Source: Oikopleura dioica (taxonomy: Eukaryota; Animalia; Chordata). Taken from it: 64,000 nt of DNA. A program made the position numbers and the translations under genes. The stretch spans positions 3,658,001 to 3,722,000 of the forward strand of contig OU015568.1 in the NCBI GenBank assembly GCA_907165135.1, in the 5' to 3' direction. A model generated the notes under the pieces. It searched no databases. It saw only the letters and a list, made by a program, of their open reading frames with translations, and was not told where the DNA came from. Below, piece after piece: positions 24,604 through 37,105 of the stretch (positions within the stretch are counted from its first letter, which is position 1; each line of letters opens with the position of its first letter).

Positions 24604-26637
24604 ATGCTTGTTGCTTTTTTCACCGTAGTCTCTTTTATAAACGCGCTAGAATTTCAAGAGACAACCGATCAGATAGAAGAAGGACTAGAATCTTGCACGG
24701 ATCCTGTAATCGCTAGAATCGCAGGAGGAGAGCCAGCAAACCCCAGTTCTTGGCCGTGGCTGGTTAGACTTGCAATAGAAGATTCAAGATTTGGAACCCT
24801 AACTTGCGGGGGAACGATCGTTTCGAACAAATATGTTCTTACTGCAGGTCACTGCCTGTATTTCGCCACGAAAGTCGTCGCCACTTTCGCCGATGTTAGC
24901 ATAGCCGAAAATGAAGAAGATGAATTTTCGCTCGAGTCGACTATTTTTCATATTCACCCTGATTATGTCGGGCTCAATCGAGGTGAAATTGACTCGTTCA
25001 AGTTTGTTTCTTATAGAAATTTTGAGACATGGGACTGATAGAATTTGACGATATTTATGGAAACGAAAAGACTCCTGGTTCAATTCAGACTGTTTGTTTT
25101 GCAGGATTGGGTAGGAATTTGCAATTGCTGTTTATTTTTCTGCTTTGAAGCTTTTTTTCTATCCAAAAAGGCACAAGAACTTTGGGAACCGAAGCTTGCT
25201 GGACCGCTGGGTGGGGCGAACTATCCTACGCTGGCAAGACTCCTGATGAGCTTCATTCAGTTGGGCTCAATATTTTCAGCAAATACTACTGCTACAGATA
25301 CAGTTATCCGATGCCGTTTTACGAAGATGATATCTGCGCCGGAGCGCCGGATAAGAATGGAAATGGACTGACTGATGCAGGGACAGACACATGCAAAGGT
25401 GATTCAGGAGGGCCGCTGATTTGCAATGTCGACGGGAAAGCCACGATGGTTGGTTTGACAAGTCGGGGAGTTGGCTGTGCCTTTGAAGGAAGCGATCGAA
25501 AATCGTAAATGATTATTTTGCCGCTAATTTAATGATTGCTTCGAAGGGTACCCAGGATTGTACACATCGATCCTCGAAAATTCTGATTGGCTTAGCTCCA
25601 TGCTCGGTTCATCGAAATTCAGAGAGATTACAGCAAGTGAAACATCAAGATTCTCTTGTGCTTTGAATAAAACTGTAGGCGAACGACAATTATTCCGATG
25701 TTATCATATTTTAGCTCGACTTTTTCGGAAACTGTATCGAGCCAGAAAACAATCGAAAAGAGTGGAAAACTAACTGGAGCGAGTGCAAAAACGGCCAGCG
25801 CACTAGAAAATACAGGTTATTTCCTAAGCTTTTAGGTGATCTTATCAGTCAATTAGACTTTTCTCGTCGATTACAAAGGCTGCAGATTCAACGTCCACGC
25901 ATTTTGATCTCAAAATCGGACCAACAATACCAGTCAGAGAATCATGCAACGATCCAACGGTCCAATGCAGCGAAGAACATGCAATCTACAATACTTCCAC
26001 AAAAACCTGTGAACCCCAAGAAGGTTTCACCCGCACAAGCTTTGGAATACTCCCGCAGTCGGTTGAAGAACTCGGCGATGATATAATTTCAGAAGTGACA
26101 AAGAGGATCAATAAATTGTTTTGGGTTGTTGCGAGGGCGGATCTCGTCAAGTGAGGCTTTACGATTCAACAGGTTAAAAACGGAACTTTAGATTCGATCG
26201 CTTGACGAAAACCTTAAAGGACGCAGAAGATGATATGATGAAAAAAGTCAAAAGAGCCTGTGGCAAAACTAGCCAGCGGCTCAATCCTAGACTTTATGAA
26301 GGTAAAACTCATTCCGGATGAAAAAATAGATGAATTTTTTATTATAGAATTGAAGATAATGCACGATATCCTGCAAAACACCATAAAACCCTCCTCATCC
26401 AATATCGATGCCCTTCGAAAAGCGATAAAACTTCTCAATCGCTACCAACAAAATACAATTTTCAACTGCCCGAAATCCGGTTATGGCCCAGATCCAACAG
26501 ATGAAGAGGACTCTGGCGGAGTCACGTGCGTAGAAGGAAAAGCCAGCGCTGGAGGAAACATGAATTTGTATCACAAATGCAAAATAATGCTGAGAATGAA
26601 GAATATTTTCGAGCAAACCTTGCTTGTGCAGTTTTGA
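24604..26637 (+). CDS. Secreted trypsin-like serine protease (S1A) with C-terminal extension
   Basis: Signal peptide and activation site R-IAGG. The triad is intact after splicing: LTAGHC (His), RDMGLIEF (Asp), DTCKGDSGGP (Ser, with an S1 Asp). Further in-frame exons continue to 26637. Confidence 0.9.
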
Positions 26638-26750
26638 GACAGCAAATGTATTCAATAAATATGTATAATTTATACATATTTATACAGTATAAATTATAAA
26701 TGTCAATTTATTAATAAGAATGAACAGAGTACAAATCGACTACGGATAGT

Positions 26751-29700
26751 TTAAAAGTTTTCGTAAGAAACATTATCAAGATCTTGTCCCGCAAGCGGAT
26801 TGGCAGACATCGCGCTTGACTGTCCAGCGATCAGAGCGTTCAAATTTGGTCCTGAAAAGGTCAATCTAAGAAGGACAAGTTCAAGGGTACCTTTAGCATC
26901 CTCGGCGTCAGAATCAACATAGATCTCCTTCGGCTCATTCAAATGTTCTTCAATGTCGAAATCGCTATTGAATGATGCTCGGCCATCGCTACTGCCGAAT
27001 GATGATTGTTGATCTTCATCATCGTATTCCAGAGCCTTAAAATCTATTATTTTCGCTTTTGCTTGGGTCTTACAATATTGATCATTCCTTCTTGTCCAAC
27101 CAGCTGATTCTTGTGCTGCTCGCCCGATGCCTGGTAAGCTTGTGACTCATTGTAAGCACCTTTGCTGGACATATCATCCATGTCGTATTTCATCGCTCTT
27201 TCTGATTGCAATTTTCGCTGAAAAAGATAAATACTTGTTATTCAAACACCTTCTTACCGCATATCGTTTTCGCATGCAGCACATGCAGACAATAATTCCA
27301 GCGCAAAGAACAGAAAGACCTCCTCCAATGGCAATCACAAGGATAAGCCATTCTTTATCGCCCCATTTGTCCTCTTCGATGACTTCTTCGCATTCTTCGA
27401 GTTTTTGCATATTGCAGCTCACCTAAAAATATGATGGATGCTTGAAATAAAGCCTTTACTAACCCTGATGTTGTAGGGCTCTGCTTTGAGAGTATTATGA
27501 GCTTCAACATCATTAAGAACAAATGCAATATCGAATGAAGTGAGAAGGTCTCTGTTTTCTTCCCCTGCACGCAGGGAATCAGTGAAGTTGCAGCTTGAAA
27601 TTGGAACACTGCAAGATTTGCTCTGATTTGATGATTTAACGACGTAAAAATTGATTTCTGTGTAGTATTCGACTTTTGGATCATCTTCAGGAGCAAGTGG
27701 ATCAGGGCGATTTTGGGTCTCGACTTTGTAAAGCTCAGTACTGTAGTCATAGTACTGAAAATGAAGGATGAAATAAGATCAAGAATCACAAACTTACGCA
27801 ATCACATGCATTTTTCCTGGGAAGAATGCTCTCGAAAAGATCGTTCATTTCTCCTTTGAATTTATTTGTGAGCGCTTCATTATCCCAGTCATCTTCTTTT
27901 GTTGACGTCACAAGTCCAACATGCTCCTCATCAAGAACAGTCACGACGATCGGAAGAGAGTTGTAAATGACAGACTGTCCGTTTTCAACTTTGCACTTCG
28001 ATTTGAAAAAATCGGGATATTTTTCGACATATGCGCAATCGTAATTTTCATAAAGAGGAGCTTCGTTTGCCACCTCGACTAAACAAGAGCTAGATTTGAG
28101 ACTCGAAAGAAGAGAAACCTGTGATTGTTGCTACAGCAAAGAAATTGTTGCTCTTGATATCCGGGATTTGCTTCAAGGTCTTGAGGTTGAATTTCATCGG
28201 GTCTTCTGGATCAGCTGTAACTTGGAAAAAGTCCTTGTTGTTTTGACATTGAGAAGCGCTGGAACCGCAGATGTAGGTTTCGGAAATTTTCTTGATTCTG
28301 CTTCTTCGATTAGTTTCATCACCATCTGCGTCGGAGACCTCGATTTGTGGGGTGATATCTTTGCCTGCTTCAGTTGTTCCTGCGAGAACATAATGAGCAG
28401 TTTTAAATGGAGCGATGAGAGGGCCATTGTCGTTGACATCTTCGACATTAACTGTCAGCAGAAGCTAGAAAAAATTGAGATTTGAGAAGTAGTCTAAAAT
28501 AAAACGAAAAAAATAGGCATGCAGTTTTTAATAAAAAATATTCTGGCACATTTCTCTCCTCTTGAAATGTCTGTAAGTATTTCCATATTAGTATTTTTTT
28601 TTGATAAAAAGTCTTGGCAACTTACTTTCGAGAGAAACTCCTAAAACAAAGATTTTTATACTGTACAAATTCATATAAAAATCATCTTTTTTGATGAAAA
28701 GCGAGCATTTTTTGGCGATGTTTTCTGATTCGAAAATTTATCTTACCGTTGACTGAAGGTTCTACAATTTCATGATGATAAATTACGATTTCTCTTTTCA
28801 ATGAAAAACTTACCCTTTGATTCTCATCAAGAACTCCATCACACTGATCATGGCAAAATTCAACGGTACATTTGCTGAAGTCATCTAACAAGTTGCACTC
28901 ATCATCATAAACATCGATTTCAAGTGTGAATTTATCATATTCTTCGCGGTTCAAGCCCTTTTCATTTGTACCAGGGATGTATTCCGCGGTTATTCCCATT
29001 TCAATTCTACCGGCGACCCAGTCAGAGCATCCAGTTGGTGGTTTATCGGCTTTATCAGTGACGGAGAAGATATTATCACAAGAAACTTCTTCAGCAAGCC
29101 CGGGACCGCATTTTTGGACATCTTCGTAGAAACCCTTAATTTTTGTAAATAAGTGTATGGAAAAACCGTAAAAGATCATACCTTGACGTTCTGGACGGTA
29201 TATTTGTTGACATCAGCTGACCATTTTCTTGAATCTTTATCAATAGCGCCGCAAAATGATTGCGCGTCGAAACCAGTTCCTTCTTTGATCGTTAGTTGTC
29301 TATCTTTTTCGTCAAGATCAGCGAAAGTTGGACCGTGGTCGTTGATGTCCTTAATCTTTGAAGAAATTTATAATGGCGAAAATTTAACCTTGACAAGAAC
29401 TTTCACGATCTCCTCAGATTGGCCTCCAGGTTGGCCTCCATCTGTAGCTCGAATTACCAGATCGTAAAAGACTTCCTTGTCGAGATGATCCTGTCCATTA
29501 TGATGATTTCAAAAACTTTTCTGGGGCCGGAAATCGTAAAAACTGCAAGTGCAGTTTTCTTCAGCTCGTCAAGACGAGTCGAATGATGGGTCTAACTCCT
29601 GATAATTCTAAGGATTGACCGGTTTACCGGCTGGTTACCGGAAAATACGTTGTCACCGGCCGTTTTTGTTCTAGAAGTGATAAACGGGTGATTGACCCCG

Positions 29701-32700
29701 GAACTTGTTCCTCATAGTCAGTTCTACTGCAGGGTAGAAGATGAAGATTGTATCAATACTCTGAAGAGAGTTATCACTAAAATTCTATTTTTGGCGAAAA
29801 TGGGACCGGAAATTAGGAACGTGCAGCAACAACAAAATATAAGTAAAAATTACTGTTTTTGGTGATAACTCTCTTCAGAATGTTGATACACCCTTCATCT
29901 TTTAGCCTGCAATAGAACTGACTATAAGGAACAGTTTCCTGGGTCGAGCATCTGTTTACCACTTCTAGAACAAAAACGGCCGGTGACAACGTATTTTCCG
30001 GTAACCAGCCGGTAAACCGGTAAATCCTTAGAGTTATCAGGAGTTAGACCCATCATTCGACTCGTCTTGACGAGCTAAAGAAAACTGCACTTGCAGTTTT
30101 TTTACGATTTCCGGCCCCACAAAAAGTTTTTTGAAATCATCTATTCAAGATTCCGTCCCAGCTGAGTTGATTTCTCTCATTCTCGAGCTTCGGAGTGATG
30201 ATTGGGCTTGCACCGAGATTTCCAGGTGTTAGTGAAGAGCCCTCACAAACATCCTTGTCTTCATCGGGATTGAACACATCGCCACCTTCAACAGAAAAAG
30301 GAGACTCTTGAGGCGTTGAAAATCGAATCCGACCATAGTTGAAATAGCATCGATCTTTATCAAGGGTTCTGAGAAGACAGTTTTAGTGGACTGGCTGAAA
30401 GTATTTTTACCTGATGTCGATTGGCTGAATAGTATCCTCAATTTTTTCATAAATCTCCATTATCATCGGATCTCCTTCATTATCTTTCGGAATGAAGATT
30501 TCCGGAGAGTGCTCATTTTCATCTTGAATGGCAAATCGGATCATCGTGTTTCCAGTAGGATCGGAAATCAAAGAATTGTCATTGGATTGTTCTGTATCGG
30601 AGCAAATTGCAGTCGCTTCATCGAGGTCAGCTGGGCATTGGAATGCATTTGTCTTGTCACTATCCTCGCAGTTTCCATTTGAGCAGTCGATGTTACAAGC
30701 TAAAAATATAAAAGAAAGTCGTCGTTCGTTTCAAAATACCTTGGACGGTGAATTCGAAGTTGAAATGAAATTGACCATCCATCATTTCTTGGTTGTTCTT
30801 GATCTTGGAGACACCATCGGCATCAATAAATTTGGCAGTACTTTTCATCTTAATTTGAGACTTGAAAGTTTTCTTTGTAATGGAAATGGCGTCAATCTGA
30901 AAGAATTCTGCAGCATCGAGAAGGCTAGAATTGGAAGTTTTGATACGGAAACAAGTTCTGGTGTTCAAATAGTCATCATCGTCGTCTTGAATTTGCGACA
31001 AATCGAAGACTTTGGGAGATTGCCCATTTGATCCATCCTTAACATTCCACGATCCGGCAGGAAGCGTGTACGCAGGGCTACCTTCCAGGCCATTGTAGAT
31101 TTGAAAGAGAGGTGCATTGATGTTCGAGTCAAAAATGACAATGCTCAATCTTGAGCTTACTCGTGTATCTGAACCCGCTGGAACGCAACATTGTTCGACT
31201 GTATTTCTATCTGCGTCACCATCAAGAGAACAAGCGCGAACTGTATAAATGTATGACTTGGCTTCCTGTCGATTCAACTGTTCCCCCTCACGCAATCTTA
31301 AAAAGTCGCTGTTAAAAGTCGCACCTCAATACAAGACTCGAAAAAGACAGAGAACGAGCAAATATTGTAAATTTTTTTCTTTATTTGCGCAAGTTACAAT
31401 TTGCTCGAAATGTCAATGTTCATGCTCGTAAATAAGTCTGACTCTAACGCATCGGATATTTGTTTAGAACATTCTCATTGCGATTCTTTCCTTACCTGAT
31501 TTGCAGGGATAAACTGCCCTCTTCTTTTAGGTAATCAGTTCCAAAATCTTCCCAACTTGTTCCCTTTTTATCGCCATTGACGACTTCGAAAATGCCAACA
31601 GCGTTGTCAGAATTTTTGATGTCGCAGAAGAAAACATGCCTGAACTGAACACTATTTTGATTTGTAAATGTCAGCTGAAGATTTTGAGATCCGGGCTTTT
31701 CATTTTCAATTGTCTTTACGAAATAATCTCCGGAAGAATCATATTCGAACATTGCTCCATCACCATCGAGAACACTTGGTGCTTTGTTTTTCTCTGTAAT
31801 TTCCAAGTTGACGGTGAAAATAGAGCATTTCGAAGCGCCATCAATCATCGTTCCTTCGTCGCATGCTTTGATATCAAGCATGACTGTATCAATTTCGCTG
31901 AATGCAAGTGCTTCTTCAACAGTTACTTCCAACGGATCAAGTTGGGCATTGAAAACAGTTTCGGTATCTACTGAAAACTTGTTAGCGCAACTGACAGAAT
32001 TGTCGCTTTTTGAACAGCTAGTTTTGTCGATTGAAAGTTTGAACTTTCGATTATCATCTCTTTCATCGATGTCAGTGATGATGATTCTATGAGGATCGTT
32101 TCCATTGGAATACGCAGTAAGAACAGTACCGACGGCATTTTTTTCCTCAAGCTTTCCAAACTCGCTGCAGTAAGAGCATTTTAACTGACCAGGTCCGGCT
32201 TCAAACTTTCTCGTTTGTCCGTTGAAAAATCGAGGGGGATTGTTGTTGATGTCCTGGATGAAAACAGTAATGTCGAAAGACTGCTCTTGCATGTAATAAT
32301 CTTCGTTGAATGCACATGATGGCATGCCTTTGCAAGGTTCATTTTGGGAACATCCGTTTCGGAAGTCAGCTGGCACTTTCTCTTTTGCAATGACATTGAG
32401 AATGAGGTTTGAAACTCGAGTAGAATTTGATCGGCAATTACCAGGATCTGCTTCTGGGTCGCATTCTGCATTGAATTCACCATTGTTTTTCAATTTTATG
32501 AAGACAGCACTTTCAGGACCGGCCGGTTGATCATCTGCTGCAGTGCCGTAGTCGATCTCAAAACTTGTGCTAAAATCATCTCCAGCAGTCGTTTTTAGTT
32601 CACTGAGCTCAATTCGTACTTCCCACTTTAAATCAAGGTCAGGATCGGATGCAGAAATCAATAGCTTTTCTGAGCTATCTCGATCTTCTGTAATGTAATT

Positions 32701-35700
32701 TAGGCTTTCTTCAGTGCGGTATTTTCCCTCTTTGAAATAAACCATCGCTGGTGGAACATTGAATCGCGGCGCTTGATCTGGAGCGTCGAGAACTTCAACC
32801 ATAAACCGAGCGTTTGATGCATAATTTTTTCTAGTTCCATTCGAACTTCGCCAAGGACCTTCATTTTCTGCAAAAAGCTGGTAGTTATAAAATGGTTTGC
32901 TTTCGTAATCAGCTGGCTCGGTTTGTGAAGCAGATGCTTTCTTGCAGAAAATGTCTGATGAGTCATCACACGGACTTGTTGTTAGGACATAAGAATCATC
33001 ACTTGAATCCGAAAACGCAATATCTGTTGGTCTTGTGCAATGATCAGGTTGGCATTCTTCAGGGTTGTTAGGGAACAGATTTCGGAATTCTTTGATAGTT
33101 ATTTGTCCATTAAGCGTCTTGGCCGTAGAAAAATTACAATATTCCGTGACGTCTGGGTCTGAGCAACTAGAAAGGTGATCCAATTTTCCATTTATCACTG
33201 GACATTCAGTGACTTGGAATTCGCTGACATCATCAAAGGACGGTGGGTCAAGATTTGATGGATAGATCGCAAAATCTTGAGCATTTCCAATTCCGGCTTG
33301 AAGAGAATCAACTTGTGGTGCTTGATTTAGGCAATGATAAGCAGCCCTAATCTTGACTTTTGTAGGTTCGATTGGCTTTATGAGAGCTCCTGACTGGGAA
33401 GTATCATCGTTAATTTCATTTTTGAGATTGAAATATATTCGCTTGGTCACCACCTGGCTGATGTCAATATTCTCAACCAAAGTTGGCTCGAATAGAGATG
33501 TTAGGGATTGATCGAGACTCCAGCCCTGAGCAGTGTTGATCTCACCACCGTTCGGCGTCCATATTTCTATCGAAAGGCAATGTTCTTGCCTTTCGTCATT
33601 TGTTTCGTCGCAAATCTCTGGAAAACATATTCCAGCGGGTAAATTAAAGCCAAACGATGTATATCCATCAAAATTTGTCTTTTCTGTATGTTGATAAATG
33701 TAATCAATTTTTGGATTTTTCTGACCAATTTGTGAGTATTGCCTGGTATTTCCATTAGACGCTTGAAAAAATGACGCACAATTATCCGTTGGAAGGCCAC
33801 AATTCCGATTTCCAAGTTTTTCATTATTCTTAAGAGATTTCAAAGAACTTTTTTCGTAACTGTCTTCGTGATTTTTATCGAGATTACCAAAATTATCTAT
33901 CGCCTTTGTCTTTTCTGTAATCTCCAAATTAACAATAAGGGTAGAGCATTGCGGAGCTCCATCCATCATTGGCCCTATGTCACAGGCGTCGATGTCAAGT
34001 CTGACTGTATCAATTTCACTAAATTTAACTGTATTCTTAGCAATTATTTCAATTGAATTCAGCTCAGCGCTGTAAATTGAATCACCATTCATCGAGAAAA
34101 TCCCAGCACAATTGACGGATTCACCATTCTTGGAACATTTAAATCTGTCGATGAAAAGGGTAAATTTTCGATTATTTTCTTCTTCATCGATATCAGTGAC
34201 GATTATTTTTTGCGGATCATTTCCGGAGGAGTACGCAGTAAAAACAGTACCGACAGCATATTCTTCCTCGATTTTTCCGTACTCACTGCAGCTAGAACAT
34301 TTCAGTTGACCAGTTCCGGCTTGAAATTTCTTGGTTTGTCCATTGAAAAATCGCGGCGGGTTGTTATTTATATCCTGAACAATAACAATGATGTCATAGG
34401 ACTGTTCTTGCATATAATAATTTTCTCTGAAGGCACAAGCAGGCATTCCCTTACACGGCTGATTTTCAGAGCATCCGTTGCGGAAGTCCTCTGGGACTTT
34501 CTCCTTTGCAATAACATTCAGAACAAGATACGAAATTCGTGGACTAGTTGAACGACAGTTTTCTGGATCCGATTCTGGGTTGCATTCCGAACGAAGTTCG
34601 CCGTTGTTTAAGCTTGATGAAGACAGTGCTTTGTTCTCCTGCTGGTTTATCTGCTCCAGTATCGTAATCGACCTCGAAACTCGAACTAAAATCATCTCCA
34701 GTCGTAGACTGTAGCTCATTGAGTTCAATTTTCACGTCCCATCTCAAGTCGAGATCTGGATCAGAAGAAGAAATCAATAATTTTTGTGTGCTGCTTCGAT
34801 CTTGACTTATATAATTGAGATTTTTTTCTGAGCGGTATTTTCCCTCTTTAAAATAGACAATAGTTGGAGGAACATTGAATCGAGGGGCTTGATCTGGGGC
34901 ATCAAGAACTGTTACCATGAACCGAGCATTGGACGCATAATTTTTTCTAGTTCCGTTCGCGCTTCGCCAGGGACCTTCATTTTCCGCAAGTAGTTGAATT
35001 ATGTAAAAAGGCCTAGCTTCATAATCAGAAGGTTTGTTCTGATAAGCAGCGGCTTCAAGGCAGAAAATGTCGGATGAGTCTGCGCAAGGTGTCGTTGTCA
35101 ACAAAAAAGTATCATCTTCAGTTTCAGCGAATGAAATATCGGAAGGTAAAGTGCAGCTATCAGGCTTGCACGCGTCAGGGTCGTAGATGAAAATATTTTT
35201 GAAATCTTTGATTTTTATGAAGCCATCCATTTCTTTTGGCTTTGAAAAATCGCAATATTCTGACAAGCTAGGATCGCCACAACTTGAAAGATGATCCAAT
35301 TTTCCGGTTATTTCTGGACATTCTGTGACTTGAAATTCGCTGACATCATCAAATGAAGGAGGGTCAAGATTTGAGGGGTAGATCGCAAAATCTTGAGCAA
35401 TTCCAATCTCATATTGAAGATAATCAACTTGTGGTGCTTGGTTCAGACATTGATAAATTGCAAGAATCTTTACTTTTGTAGGCTCAATTGCCCTTATGGG
35501 AGATGTTGTCTGGGATGTATCATCGCTAATTTCATTCTTGAGATTGAAGTAAATTCGCTTGGTCATCACCTGGCTGATGTCAATATCCTCTACCAAGGTT
35601 GGTTCAAATAGTGGTGTCAGGAATTGATCAAGACTCCAGCCATAAGAAGTATTTATATTACCGCCGTTTGGCGTCCATATTTGAATCGAAAGGCAGTGTT

Positions 35701-35956
35701 CTTCATTTGTTCCATCACAAATCTCTGGAAAACATATACCAGAAGGAAGTCTATTATGACCAAATGATGTATATCCCTCAAAATTTGATTTTTCTGTGTG
35801 TTGATAAATATAATCAGTTTTTGGATTTTTTTGTCCAATTTGTGAATATCCTCTGCTATTTCCATTTGCGGCCACAAAAAAACTCGGGCACGAAGTTGTC
35901 GGCGGGCCGCATTGGCTTTTAGCAAGAGCTAAAACAGCGCCGAGGGTTACCCTCAT
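26751..35956 (-). CDS. Giant non-classical cadherin-like protein with Cys-rich insertions; interrupted by a frameshift (~34608) and a foldback insertion (29501-30141)
   Basis: Cadherin motifs DINNNPP, LDKEVFYDLVIRATDGG, DINDHGP and VANEAP. Signal-like N-terminus. TM WLILVIAIGGGLSVLCAGIIVCMCC. Cytoplasmic tail ends VSYENF*. Confidence 0.85.
29501..30141. mobile_element. Foldback/MITE element (641 bp) with TA target duplication, inserted in a cadherin exon
   Basis: Outer arms of ~190 bp are near-perfect reverse complements (GATGATTTCAAAAACTTTT...CTAGAAGTG), and there is a second inner inverted segment. TA at 29499-29500 and 30142-30143. Confidence 0.92.
31790..35911 (-). repeat. Intragenic tandem duplication, two ~2.0-2.1 kb units within one intronless cadherin exon
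   Basis: CGPPTTSCPSFF..NGNSRGYSQIGQKNP starts at 35911 and CGLPTDNCASFF..NGNTRQYSQIGQKNP at 33801 (period 2110 nt). Both units end VNLEITEK.KA. Confidence 0.92.
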
Positions 35957-37105
35957 TACTTTTAAGCTTTCTGTTCTTTTTCTCTCTCAAAATCTTCCCA
36001 GTATTCTCTAAAATATGACTTTGGCTGCTCTTTGCAGTTGGAAGTAAAACACAACTCGCGCTGACTCGATTGAGTTTTATATTTATTCAAGCAGTATCTA
36101 CGTCAGGAATTTGTTTACTTCTTGCATTTACCCGCCAAATCTTTCGTAAACTCCCTCTTATGTTACTCATCCTCACATTAAGAAGCATATTTAAGCAGCC
36201 TTTAAAAACCCTAGATATAGGGCAATAAAATGATAAGCGATCTGATTTTGCAAGCGTTTTATTGACTTGAAAATAAAGCATTAGCAAATAGAACTCGCTC
36301 CCGCTCGTGGCTCCAGATTGTTGACTTTGGGACGACTGCAAAGAATTACTTGGCGATTTGAGACTGTAAATAAATATTGACCACAGATGCAAAAATTCCA
36401 AAAGAAAATATTTCCCAAATCGCAATTGAAATCATGGAAGACCTCCCAAATCAAAAATCTTTCTCGAAAATATCCAATAAATGAGTTGTTATATTCATTT
36501 TATTATCCGGTTTGAAAAATCAAAGCTAAGGTTCGAAATGTCATTCAAGGTCGTCTTTTTCAAATTGATTTTTGTCGCGAGTGCTGCCCGTTAAAAAATC
36601 ATAACATGGACGTAATGAAGTTGAACCTGCGCAGGACACGCTATAAATGAAGATTTATACGAAGGTCAAGGTGGCTAACTTGATCGACCTTTCTTTTCTT
36701 TACTAATTTCCCAAAATCGAAGGTAAAAAAATCCTGCTGCTTTCATTTTTTATCCCCTCACTTAAAAGTTCAATTTTTAAAATAAAAAATTAAAGATACG
36801 AATTATTTTTCCTTTTTTTCTTAAGCCTGTCGATTATCATATATACTCTCATCTACGTATAATTTTCCACTCGGCTGCTCCTGCCCCTGGGTGCCAGATC
36901 TTTTAACTTTTTCAGAGGAAGAGAAAATAGGAACAATAAAAGCGCTGATCCCGAATAACCCATAGAGATTAGGAGATCCACTAGAGCTACGGAGACAACA
37001 ACCTTCGCTGAACCGATATTTACGATCGTGCTATATATCGTTGTATACGATTCTATTTTTTTCTTATTTCGAAAAGGACGAAAACGATTTTTCTGACGAG
37101 AAAAA

